Shown: positions 11,147 through 19,489 of the stretch, piece by piece | Layout of the letters: the number at the start of each line of letters is the position of its first letter | Numbering within the stretch: position 1 is the first letter of the stretch | Source: Acidobacteriota bacterium | GTDB taxonomy: Bacteria; Acidobacteriota; Aminicenantia; UBA2199 | DNA length: 64,000 bases | Direction of reading: 5' to 3' | Assembly: GCA_018897435.1 (NCBI GenBank) | Contig: JAHIKI010000063.1 | Coordinates: 16-64,015 of the forward strand | Program-made: the position numbers and the translations under genes | The notes under the pieces: model-generated | The model's input: only the letters and a program-made list of their open reading frames with translations | Databases searched by the model: none | What the model was told of the DNA's origin: nothing

Positions 11147-11256
11147 CAGTGAATAGTAAATAGTGATTCGTGATTAGAAAAGACAAGGCCAACGAATATT
11201 TCGTTTATTTTCTTAACCAATCACTATTCACCAATCACCAATCACCAATCACTGAG
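11147..11256. repeat. heptamer-array hairpin element, copy A
   Basis: Left arm is GTGAATA GTAAATA GTGATTC GTGATTA (11149-11176). Right arm (11217-11256) is the complement of a GTGATTG x3 / GTGAATA / GTGATTG array. A 39-nt spacer separates them. Lies between divergent tatA and the DUF4234 gene. Confidence 0.8.
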
Positions 11257-11311
11257 TTTGCTTTTTGCTTTTAGTTCATTTATAGTGCCAGTGATCGACA
11301 AGGAGGTGGCT

Positions 11312-11680
11312 ATGAGCGAAGTGACCCAGGATGCCCGGCGCATTCCCTATTTCAAGAACGATCCTTTCATCGTTCTGCTTTTGGGTTTTGTCACCTGCGG
11401 CCTATACCTGATCTATTGGAACATCAAGATGGCCGAGGTGGTCAATGCCTTGGTGGAAAAAGAGGTGATCACCCCGCCCGTCGCCATTTTTTCCGGCTGC
11501 TGCTTCCCGGTCAACCTTTATTTTTATTACCTGGTCGGCCAGAATCTGGAGGTGATCGGCCGCAAGGTCGGCAACCCCACGCTGCAGGACCAGTCGGTGC
11601 TGCTGATCGTCCTCGGTTTTTTCGCCCCCATGGTCTCGGCCATGATCGTCCAGGGTGAAATTAACAAACTTTATAGCTGA
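11312..11680 (+). CDS. DUF4234 family membrane protein
   Basis: ATG at 11312 follows AAGGAGG. GLYLIYWNIKMAEVVN is typical of DUF4234 (from memory). Two or three TM segments. Confidence 0.6.
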   Translation: MSEVTQDARRIPYFKNDPFIVLLLGFVTCGLYLIYWNIKMAEVVNALVEKEVITPPVAIFSGCCFPVNLYFYYLVGQNLEVIGRKVGNPTLQDQSVLLIVLGFFAPMVSAMIVQGEINKLYS

Positions 11681-12149
11681 GAGCCGGCACAGCTTTTACT
11701 GGCCGCGGCTGCTGGCCCTGGCCCTGCTGGCCGGGGTGCTGCTACTGCCCCTGCTGGCCTTCGATTGGGTGACTGAGCCTGGTTCCCAAGTCCTGTGTCC
11801 GCTGCGGGCCGTGACCGCCATTCCCTGCCCTTCCTGCGGCCTGACCCGCGCCTTGGCCCACCTGGAGCGCGGCCATTGGGCCGAGGCCGTACGATTCCAT
11901 CCCTTCGCGCCTTTGGTTTTTTTGCTGGTTCTGGCTTTGGTCATCATGCTGGTTTTCGAGCTGGCCACCGGCAGAACCATTATCGGCAACCCCCTGAAGA
12001 AGCGGCGCGACGTTTTCCTGGTTTTCGCCGGCTTGGTCGTTTTCCAGGTGGTGCGCACGGTCATTTTCTTCCTCGACGGCGGCTGGGACGTGTTCCGGCA
12101 CGAGAACCTTTTTGCCCGTTTGCTGGCATTGGCAAATTCTGTTTTTTAA
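11655..12149 (+). CDS. DUF2752 family membrane protein
   Basis: CPLRAVTAIPCPSCGLTRA zinc-ribbon-like motif followed by TM helices. GTG start overlaps the previous gene. Confidence 0.6.
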   Translation: MKLTNFIAESRHSFYWPRLLALALLAGVLLLPLLAFDWVTEPGSQVLCPLRAVTAIPCPSCGLTRALAHLERGHWAEAVRFHPFAPLVFLLVLALVIMLVFELATGRTIIGNPLKKRRDVFLVFAGLVVFQVVRTVIFFLDGGWDVFRHENLFARLLALANSVF

Positions 12150-12197
12150 TAAATATTGCTAAATTTCTTAAAATATGTTATTTTCTTGAATAGGAAA

Positions 12198-13301
12198 ATG
12201 AAACAATACAGGAAAATGCCAACCCAGAAAGAAATGCTCGACCAGTTGCGGCGAGGTTTGGTTGTTTTGACTCCGCTATCTTTTCGATTTTTGGAAGAAA
12301 CCTCATCTGTGAGCGGGAACCGGCATTTTGATGCACTGATAGAGGTGTGTTGGAATCAGAATATGGCAAAATTCGCTGTCGAATGCAAAGCCTTGTCGAC
12401 GCCCAAGGCATTTTGGGACGGGATCAACCTGCTGAAATCACAATCAATTCCAAAAGGCTGCTATACGATGCTTTTCCGGCCATTCTTCAGTGAACGACAA
12501 TTACAGGATCTGGAACAGGAAAGGATTAGCGGAATTGACCTGTGCGGCAATGGTGTGGTGATAATTCCCGGGAAATATGCCGTCTTCCGCAGCGGTGGCA
12601 GGAATAAATTTTCCACCTCGGCACCGATAAAGAACATCTACCGGAAAAATAGTTCAATGGTGAGCAGGGTCTTTTGTCTCCGCTCCAGCTATGCCACTGT
12701 TCAAGAAATTTACCTGGAGATCAACCGGCGCAACCTTCTGGTGAACCGTTGGAATAAGAAACCCATAAGCCTCTCTACTGTATCGAAGGCATTGAAGACA
12801 CTGGAAGAGGATTTGATTGTGGCGCGAAAAGAGATCATCCGCTTGCTGCAGCCCGATAAGCTGTTGGAAAAACTTAGTCAATACTATGATCCTCCGGCTG
12901 TTAAGAAGAAGGTCCGTCTCAAGGTTTCAGTGGATGGTAAAGCACTCCGCGAATTGCTGATGAAGCTGGCGGACACGATGGATCTGCCCATTATTGCTAC
13001 TGGTATATCATCGGTTAATCAATATGCCGTAATGCAGCGGGAAGATATTTTATCTATCTATTGCCCGCGATTGGAAATGTTGTTAAAGCAGCTTCCCGGA
13101 AATGAAACGGATCGATTTCCAAATCTCGAACTACTCGAGACAGAGGATGAAGTGCTCTATTTTGATGCCAGGCAGGAGGGCGATTTCTGCTGGGCTTCCC
13201 CGCTGCAGGTTTATCTGGAACTGATGGCTGGGGACAAGCGAGACCAGGAAACTGCAGGTCAAGTACTTTTACTGCTTCTAAAGGAACTTGAGCAGGTATA
13301 A
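12198..13301 (+). CDS. PD-(D/E)xK-like nuclease / winged-helix / AbiEi-like C-terminal domain protein (putative antitoxin-regulator)
   Basis: ORF 12156..13301, with ATG at 12198. FDALIEV...FAVECKAL fits D...E-x-K. ISLSTVSKALKTLEEDLIV looks like a wHTH. The C-terminus LYFDARQEGDFCWASPLQVYLELMAG resembles the AbiEi C-terminal domain. Ends 2 nt before the NTase gene. Confidence 0.45.
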   Translation: MKQYRKMPTQKEMLDQLRRGLVVLTPLSFRFLEETSSVSGNRHFDALIEVCWNQNMAKFAVECKALSTPKAFWDGINLLKSQSIPKGCYTMLFRPFFSERQLQDLEQERISGIDLCGNGVVIIPGKYAVFRSGGRNKFSTSAPIKNIYRKNSSMVSRVFCLRSSYATVQEIYLEINRRNLLVNRWNKKPISLSTVSKALKTLEEDLIVARKEIIRLLQPDKLLEKLSQYYDPPAVKKKVRLKVSVDGKALRELLMKLADTMDLPIIATGISSVNQYAVMQREDILSIYCPRLEMLLKQLPGNETDRFPNLELLETEDEVLYFDARQEGDFCWASPLQVYLELMAGDKRDQETAGQVLLLLLKELEQV

Positions 13302-13303
13302 AC

Positions 13304-14197
13304 ATGATTATGATTACCCAACTGCAAACGGCGTTGCTCGACTTGCTCTACAGCGTGCAAGACACGGATATCAAGTTCATCATCGGCGGTGGCTTCGGCA
13401 TCTATCTTAAAACTGAGCTTGTACGTCAAAGGGGATTGCGGACCCTCTTTCAGGAATGGCCAAAAGTGCGTTCCACCAACGATCTTGACTTGTTTCTGCG
13501 ACCTGAGCTTCTCATTGACTCGGTTAAATTGAAACCGTTGTCGGAAGCAATATTCAGATTGGGTTATCGGGTTATTCCCGGTGCAGAGAAATACCAATTT
13601 GTAAAACCCGGGCCGGGTGGCGCAGATGCGGGCAGCATCAAGATCGATATCCTCACCGGGCCACAGAGCCACTTTGCAGGCACAAGGGTTAAAGTGGACG
13701 CCCGCCGGGCCCGACCCAATCCTTCCGTTGGCATGCACGCTCATCCAGTGAACGAAGCCTCAACACTGGAGAAAGGGTTGTTGCCGGAAACGGTGGCGGG
13801 CAATCTCAGTTCGGGCGAGGCATGGCAGGCAGAAGTTTTTCTGCCGCATCCATACACGTTATCAATGATGAAGCTCTTCGCTTTCAAAGACCGGTTGAAC
13901 GATACCAATAAGGAATTCGGCCGTTACCACGCCCTGGATATATATACTATACTGGCGACGACCACAGAAGCGGAGTGGGGACATGCCCTCGAGATGCGTG
14001 ACCAACATAGGAATGAGCCGTCTGTTATTGAGGCGGGTGACCTGGTCGCGAAATATTTTTCCTCCCTTGAATGTTTGGGCATGATCCGGCTGCGGGAAAG
14101 TCGATACTATCGGCCGGAATTACAGCTTATTGATTTTATATCTGCCCTGCAGGAGCTGTTTCCCGCTGGGGCAAAAACCACTGCGCAGGAAAAATGA
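13304..14197 (+). CDS. nucleotidyltransferase, AbiEii/DUF1814-like (putative toxin)
   Basis: 297 aa. Pol-beta NTase signature IIGGGFGIYL...STNDLDLFL (G-G/S ... D-x-D). Tightly coupled to the upstream gene. Confidence 0.5.
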   Translation: MIMITQLQTALLDLLYSVQDTDIKFIIGGGFGIYLKTELVRQRGLRTLFQEWPKVRSTNDLDLFLRPELLIDSVKLKPLSEAIFRLGYRVIPGAEKYQFVKPGPGGADAGSIKIDILTGPQSHFAGTRVKVDARRARPNPSVGMHAHPVNEASTLEKGLLPETVAGNLSSGEAWQAEVFLPHPYTLSMMKLFAFKDRLNDTNKEFGRYHALDIYTILATTTEAEWGHALEMRDQHRNEPSVIEAGDLVAKYFSSLECLGMIRLRESRYYRPELQLIDFISALQELFPAGAKTTAQEK

Positions 14198-14314
14198 TCT
14201 AACCCGTTATTCCGCGCTTTGATCAATTTTTTATTCAACGGCGGCTGGACCATTTTCTGGCACGAGTATCTTTTCGCCCGCCTACTGGCACTGGTCAAAA
14301 TGGTTTTTAATTGA
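14198..14314 (+). pseudogene. relic copy of the DUF2752 gene 3' end
   Basis: The in-frame translation SNPLFRALINFLFNGGWTIFWHEYLFARLLALVKMVFN* aligns with the C-terminus of the 11655..12149 product (VRTVIFFLDGGWDVFRHENLFARLLALANSVF*). Confidence 0.75.
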
Positions 14315-14369
14315 CTTTTGCTTTTTTTTGGAGTATCTATATTTTTTATAATACCCACAGGAGGAAAAG

Positions 14370-14972
14370 ATGAATTTGGTTGAAAGAGCGAAAAACATTC
14401 TGCTGACGCCGGCCAAGGAATGGGAAGTGATCAAAGGCGAGAACCTGACCATTGCCGATATGTTCACCAAGTATGCCATGATCCTGGCCGCCATCCCGGC
14501 TGTTGCCGGTTTTATCGGTTATGTAGTGATCGGTGTTTCCTTCGGTTTCGGCACTTTCCGCATGCCCTTCAGCACAGCCCTGATCTGGGCCATTCTGACT
14601 TACATCCTTTCGCTGGGTGGAATCTTCCTGCTGGCTTTCATCATCGACACCCTGGCGCCCACGTTCGGCTGCACCAAGGACTTGACCGCCGCGGTCAAGA
14701 TCGTGGTCTTCTCTTATACCGCGGCCTGGGTGGCGGGCATTTTGAACATTATCCCCGCCCTGGCCATACTGGTCAGCCTGGCCAGCATTTATTCGCTGTA
14801 CCTTATGTACATGGGTATGCAGAAGATCAAGGATGTCCCCAAGGACAAAATGATGGGATACTTCGTGGTGACCATCATTGCCGCCATTGTGGTGTTCTTT
14901 ATCATCGGTTTTCTCGTGAGCCGCGTGGCTTTCGGCAGCATGGCCGGCCTGGCGGGGTTGAGCGTTTTTTAA
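14370..14972 (+). CDS. Yip1-family integral membrane protein
   Basis: 200 aa. N-terminus ILLTPAKEWEVIKGE followed by 5 TM helices, as in the Yip1/DUF1282 family. GGAGGA SD 6 nt upstream. Confidence 0.6.
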   Translation: MNLVERAKNILLTPAKEWEVIKGENLTIADMFTKYAMILAAIPAVAGFIGYVVIGVSFGFGTFRMPFSTALIWAILTYILSLGGIFLLAFIIDTLAPTFGCTKDLTAAVKIVVFSYTAAWVAGILNIIPALAILVSLASIYSLYLMYMGMQKIKDVPKDKMMGYFVVTIIAAIVVFFIIGFLVSRVAFGSMAGLAGLSVF

Positions 14973-15000
14973 TTCCATCTTTCTGATCGTCTCATCATGA

Positions 15001-15031
15001 CCGGGCCGGCGTCAGTCCGGCCCGGTTTTTC
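15001..15031 (+). terminator. intrinsic terminator after the Yip1 gene
   Basis: ACCGGGCCGG-CGTCAGT-CCGGCCCGGT forms a 10-bp perfect stem and is followed by TTTTT. Confidence 0.8.
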
Positions 15032-15175
15032 ATTTCCCTTTTTCATCCGCATTGGAAGGTCTATCCCCGCCGCGATGGGCCGCCATTTTATGTTTTCCTC
15101 AGCCCAAAATTTAACTTTGGCGGTTGAAATTCATTTTCTTTTATCTTGGCATATCCTCTGAACTGGCAGCAAAGG

Positions 15176-16960
15176 TCAGAATTTAAAAAACACCGGCAGC
15201 AGGACCAGCGTGATCACGCTGTAAATCACCGCCAACGGCAGGCCAGCTTTCATATAATCACTGAATTTGTAATTCCCGGGTCCGTATACCATCAGGTTGG
15301 TCTGGTAGCTGTGCGGGGTGAGAAAAGAGGCGCTGGCCCCGTAGGCGACGGCCATGACGAACGGCAGGGGGTCGACCTGCAGGGAGAGCGCCGTGGAATA
15401 AGCCAGGGGAAAGGCCAGCGCTGCCGCGGCGTTATTGGTCACCAACTGGGTGAGCAGCATGGTCAGGAAATAAATTCCGGCCAGGTTGGCGAATGCGCCA
15501 TAGTCCTTGAAGAAGAAGAGAATGCCCTTGGCGATGAGCGCGGAGGCGCCGCTGTCGAGCATGACCTTGGAAATGCCCAGGGCCGAACCCACCAGGACGA
15601 TGATATCAAAATTCGAATTAGCTCGAACATCCTCGAAGCGAAAAAAGCCCATCAGGATATAGATGAACATCAATATCGCCAATGATTTGAGCAGCGGCAT
15701 CAGGTTCAGGGCACTGGCCGCGATAGCGGTGGCAAACAGCGCCATCGCCAGGGCGCTGTTTCTACTGGATAGAAATTTTTGCAGGCGGATCCTGTTGATC
15801 AGAAAAAAATTATTGCGCAGATTTTCCCTTTTGCCGAAATCGGAACCGACAGCCAATAGCAGCGTGTCGCCGGCCTCCAGCCGGATCGAGCCGATCTTTC
15901 CCGAGAGCTTTTTATTGCCGCGCCGAACCGCGACCACCGCGGCGTCGAATTTGGCTCGGAAATCCGCAGTTTTTACCTTTTTGCCCAGCAGCGATGAGGA
16001 AGGGGACAAAACCACTTCCCGTAGGTTTTTCCTGAGCATGGCGATGTTTTCTTCCTTGAAAATGGCCAGGCGGTCGAAATTTTGAATGTCCTTCACCTTG
16101 TGCACGTCACCGACAAAAACCAGGATGTCTCCGGCCTGGATGATCTCTTCCGGGTTGACCGGTGACAACAGCCGGTCGTTGCGGATAAGTTCGGCCAGGA
16201 AAAGGCTTTGCAGGTTGCGGAACCTGTTTGCGGCCACGCTTTTGCCGATGTGGACCGAATTTTCCAGCACCTGTGCTTCCAGGAAATAATTTTCACGGCT
16301 GATCTTCGTCGCCGTCCCGTTCACCGGCAGCAGCCACCTGGAAAAAAAGACGATATAAATGAAGCCCCCCAGGCAGAGGGGGATGCCCACGTAGGCGAAC
16401 TGGAAAATGCCCAGTCCTTTCATTCCGGCTTCCAGCGCCAAACCGTTGACCACCAAGTTGGTCGAGGTGCCGACCAAGGTGATGGTGCCGCCGAGGATCG
16501 CGGCGTATGAAAGCGGCAGCAGCAGTTTGGAGGGGGGGAAATGGCGGTTATTTTTTAGCGGTCCCAGGAGCGAGGCCGCCACGGCGGTATTGTTCATCAG
16601 GGCGGAGAGTGGAAAGACCCCCAGACACATGCGGGCCAGCGATTTGTTCAGTGAATGGGAGTGAAAAACCATCCGGCTCATCCAGGCGGTAAGTGGAGTT
16701 TTCTCGATCACCGCCGCAGCCTGCAGGACCAGTACCAAGGTCACCAGGGCCGGATTAATGAATTGCATGAGCAATTCCCCGGCCGATATCATTCCGGTCA
16801 GGAAGAAAAGAAAGAGCGTGGCCGCGAAAAGAAAGGCCGGATGGGTCCGGATCCTGATCAGCAGTATGAACAGCAGAACGATCACAGCGATGACAAAGGT
16901 TGCGATGGGGCCTCCCGCTAGAAACATAGTTTTACTAAAAAAAAAGTTTTTTTGCAACAA
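15176..16960 (-). CDS. SLC13/DASS-type anion permease with two central TrkA-C domains
   Basis: 594 aa and polytopic. A central soluble region carries two TrkA-C-like repeats (GKSVAANRFRNLQ..., LLGKKVKTADFRAKFDAAVVAVRRG). Start may be the downstream ATG (MFLAGG). Confidence 0.75.
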   Translation of the reverse strand: MLQKNFFFSKTMFLAGGPIATFVIAVIVLLFILLIRIRTHPAFLFAATLFLFFLTGMISAGELLMQFINPALVTLVLVLQAAAVIEKTPLTAWMSRMVFHSHSLNKSLARMCLGVFPLSALMNNTAVAASLLGPLKNNRHFPPSKLLLPLSYAAILGGTITLVGTSTNLVVNGLALEAGMKGLGIFQFAYVGIPLCLGGFIYIVFFSRWLLPVNGTATKISRENYFLEAQVLENSVHIGKSVAANRFRNLQSLFLAELIRNDRLLSPVNPEEIIQAGDILVFVGDVHKVKDIQNFDRLAIFKEENIAMLRKNLREVVLSPSSSLLGKKVKTADFRAKFDAAVVAVRRGNKKLSGKIGSIRLEAGDTLLLAVGSDFGKRENLRNNFFLINRIRLQKFLSSRNSALAMALFATAIAASALNLMPLLKSLAILMFIYILMGFFRFEDVRANSNFDIIVLVGSALGISKVMLDSGASALIAKGILFFFKDYGAFANLAGIYFLTMLLTQLVTNNAAAALAFPLAYSTALSLQVDPLPFVMAVAYGASASFLTPHSYQTNLMVYGPGNYKFSDYMKAGLPLAVIYSVITLVLLPVFFKF

Positions 16961-17054
16961 AGCAGTTTTTGACCGCCCGGCAAGCCCCTTTTGTTTCCAG
17001 GCGGCAGCCAGGTTAAGAGTTGACCGCAGGGGCTTTTTCTGTTACAAAATAGCC

Positions 17055-18113
17055 ATGACAGTCGAACAGTTCCTGCCGGCTTTGCATTACGGCGACGCGA
17101 TTGGCAATTCTGCCCTGGCTTTGCACCGTTTTTTACATGGGCGCGGCATCGAAAGCCGGCTGGTGGCCATAACCTGCGATGAGAGTCTCCACGACCAGAC
17201 CGTATTGTTTAATGACTACTGTCTCGATGCCAAGTCCGTCAAAATCATGCATTTCGCCGTCGCTTCGCAGCTAACTGATTTTTTTCTGGGATTGAAGGGG
17301 AAGAAGGTGATGATTTACCACAACATCACTCCGGCGAACTTTTTTTTCGATTTTTCAGAGTTTTTGACGCGCTTCACCAGCGCCGGCCGTGAACACCTGC
17401 AGCGCTTGCATGACTGTTTCGATTTGTCCCTGGGCGATTCCACGTACAACGCCAATGAACTTCGTGAACTGGGTTTTGCCAATGTGCAGGTCTTCCCACT
17501 GCTGGTCAATTTGGACGATTACGGTGGGGAATACAGTCGCTCTTATTTACACCTGTTGAAAAACGAGAGGAAAAACATCGTTTTCACCGGCCGTATAATG
17601 CCCAATAAAAAAATTGAAGACCTGATCAAGGTGGTTTTCTTCTACAAAAAATATATTTCACCGGCCGTTCGCTTGATCGTGGTAGGCAACACCAAAACCC
17701 TGCCCAAATATTACCTGGCCGTCCAGGATTTGGCGGCGCGTTTTTATTTGACAGCCGAGGATGTTTTTTTCACCGGCCATCTGCCCGCAGACGAATTTCT
17801 TGCCGTTTACCGGATGGCTGACGTTTTTCTTTCCATGAGCGAGCATGAAGGTTTTTGTCTGCCGCTGCTGGAAAGTTGTTACTTCCGTCTCCCGGTTGTG
17901 GCTTTCGAAGCCGGAGCCGTGGCCGAAACCCTGGATGGGGCCGGGATTTTGTTTAATGACAAAAATTCGGCCCTGGTGGCCGGTCTAGTGGAGCAAACAC
18001 TGGAAAATAAGCCATTGCGGCGGCAACTGCAAGCCAGGGCCGGAGCCAGGATCGAAAGCTACCGCCGCCAAGCCGATCCGGAAACCCTGCTGACCATGTT
18101 GAGGCAATTGTAA
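17055..18113 (+). CDS. glycosyltransferase family 4
   Basis: ORF 16758..18113, but the ATG at 17055 (MTVEQFLPALHYGDAIG) avoids overlap with the permease gene. GT-B C-terminal motif SEHEGFCLPLLES. Confidence 0.8.
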   Translation: MTVEQFLPALHYGDAIGNSALALHRFLHGRGIESRLVAITCDESLHDQTVLFNDYCLDAKSVKIMHFAVASQLTDFFLGLKGKKVMIYHNITPANFFFDFSEFLTRFTSAGREHLQRLHDCFDLSLGDSTYNANELRELGFANVQVFPLLVNLDDYGGEYSRSYLHLLKNERKNIVFTGRIMPNKKIEDLIKVVFFYKKYISPAVRLIVVGNTKTLPKYYLAVQDLAARFYLTAEDVFFTGHLPADEFLAVYRMADVFLSMSEHEGFCLPLLESCYFRLPVVAFEAGAVAETLDGAGILFNDKNSALVAGLVEQTLENKPLRRQLQARAGARIESYRRQADPETLLTMLRQL

Positions 18114-18165
18114 TGCAATGATGGGACGCTGAAACCAGGGATTCCGCGGCCCGCTTGGAGAAAAT

Positions 18166-19335
18166 ATGATAAATATCGGCATTGTGGTACAGCGCTACGG
18201 CAGCGACGTGATCGGCGGGGCCGAAACCCTGGCCCGCAACGTCGCTGAGAGACTGCTCCGCCAAGGCTTCCGCGTCACCGTATTCACCACCTGTGCCAAG
18301 GATTACCTGACCTGGCGCAATGAGTATCCTGCCGGCGAGTCGATCCTGAAAGGGGTCCGGATCAAACGTTTCCCGGTGACACGTGAACGCGATATCAAAA
18401 AATTCAACAGTTTTTCCGAAGAATTTTTTCCGGCCGCCGCGGCGGGCCGCGATGAAACCAAATGGTTTGCGGAACAGGGACCTTTCTGCCCCGACCTGAT
18501 CCAGGAATTGGCTGCGGCGCAAAAGGGCATTGATCTTTTTTTCTTTTTCACCTACCTTTATTATCCGACCGTAGAGGGGATCAAAGCGGTCAGCAAGCCG
18601 GTAATCCTTTTTCCCACTGCCCACGACGAGCCACCGATTCACCTGCGGGCCATGGGCGAGGTCTTCCGCCGTCCCCAGGCTTTGTTTTTTTTGACCAGGG
18701 CCGAAATGGACCTGGTGAGCCGGCTGTTCGCCCCGCCGGGACGGATGCGCTTGGTGCGTACCGGTTTGGATATCCATCCCGATGTCGATGACAAGCCATT
18801 TCGCCGCCGCTACCTGCTAATCGCTCCCTACCTGCTTTATGCCGGCCGCATCGAAAAGGGCAAGGGCCTGGAAGAAGTTTATAAGTATTATTCTGCATTG
18901 AAGAATGAGGCATATGTGGACCTGGTCCTGATCGGCAAAAAGCTGATGGATATCCCCGCCAGCCAAGGGTTGAAATATCTGGGCTATGTATCTGAAAGCG
19001 ATAAGCTGGCCGCATTCAAAGGCGCTGTATGCTCTTTGCAGCCTTCGCCGCTGGAAAGCCTCTCCATCACCACCCTGGAATCATTTTCCGTGCAGACGCC
19101 GGTGCTGGTCAATCGCCGCTGTCCGGCTCTGCTGGAGCATGTCACCGCCTCCAGCGGCGGCTTGGCTTATGACAATGAAGAGGAATTTTTGGCAGGGTTC
19201 CGCCAACTATACCGGCGGCCGGGACTTAGGAAGCGCATGGGGGCCAAAGGGCTGGAATACGTGCGCAGCTATTACTCGTGGGATGCGGTATTGGCCGAGA
19301 TCAAGAAAGGCATAGACGAAATTTTGGCTGAGTGA
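18166..19335 (+). CDS. glycosyltransferase (GT-B fold, family 1/4)
   Basis: 389 aa. VVQRYGSDVIGGAETLAR N-terminus and a C-terminal E-x7-E-like region PSPLESLSITTLES. Confidence 0.8.
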   Translation: MINIGIVVQRYGSDVIGGAETLARNVAERLLRQGFRVTVFTTCAKDYLTWRNEYPAGESILKGVRIKRFPVTRERDIKKFNSFSEEFFPAAAAGRDETKWFAEQGPFCPDLIQELAAAQKGIDLFFFFTYLYYPTVEGIKAVSKPVILFPTAHDEPPIHLRAMGEVFRRPQALFFLTRAEMDLVSRLFAPPGRMRLVRTGLDIHPDVDDKPFRRRYLLIAPYLLYAGRIEKGKGLEEVYKYYSALKNEAYVDLVLIGKKLMDIPASQGLKYLGYVSESDKLAAFKGAVCSLQPSPLESLSITTLESFSVQTPVLVNRRCPALLEHVTASSGGLAYDNEEEFLAGFRQLYRRPGLRKRMGAKGLEYVRSYYSWDAVLAEIKKGIDEILAE

Positions 19336-19474
19336 TTAGTGATTGGTGAGAAGTGATTGGTGAAGAAGAAGGCATAAGCAATACATAGACCTTGCATCTG
19401 CGGTGAAAAGCAGTTTCAGAAAGATTTCGAGAAATTTCCTAACTAATCACGAATCACTATTTACTATTCACTAC
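19332..19474. repeat. heptamer-array hairpin element, copy B
   Basis: GTGATTA GTGATTG GTGAGAA GTGATTG GTGAAGA (19332-19366) starts inside the glycosyltransferase stop codon. The right arm at 19443-19472 is the perfect 30/30 reverse complement of 11148-11177. Confidence 0.85.
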
Positions 19475-19489
19475 TAGGTCGTTCCTGAT

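Noticed and set aside
11147-11256. Possibility that the repeat arrays at 11.1, 19.3 and 32.3 kb are CRISPR arrays.
   Set aside because: The repeat unit is only 7 nt and tandem, without spacers, and the arrays are arranged as inverted arms. No cas genes are present.
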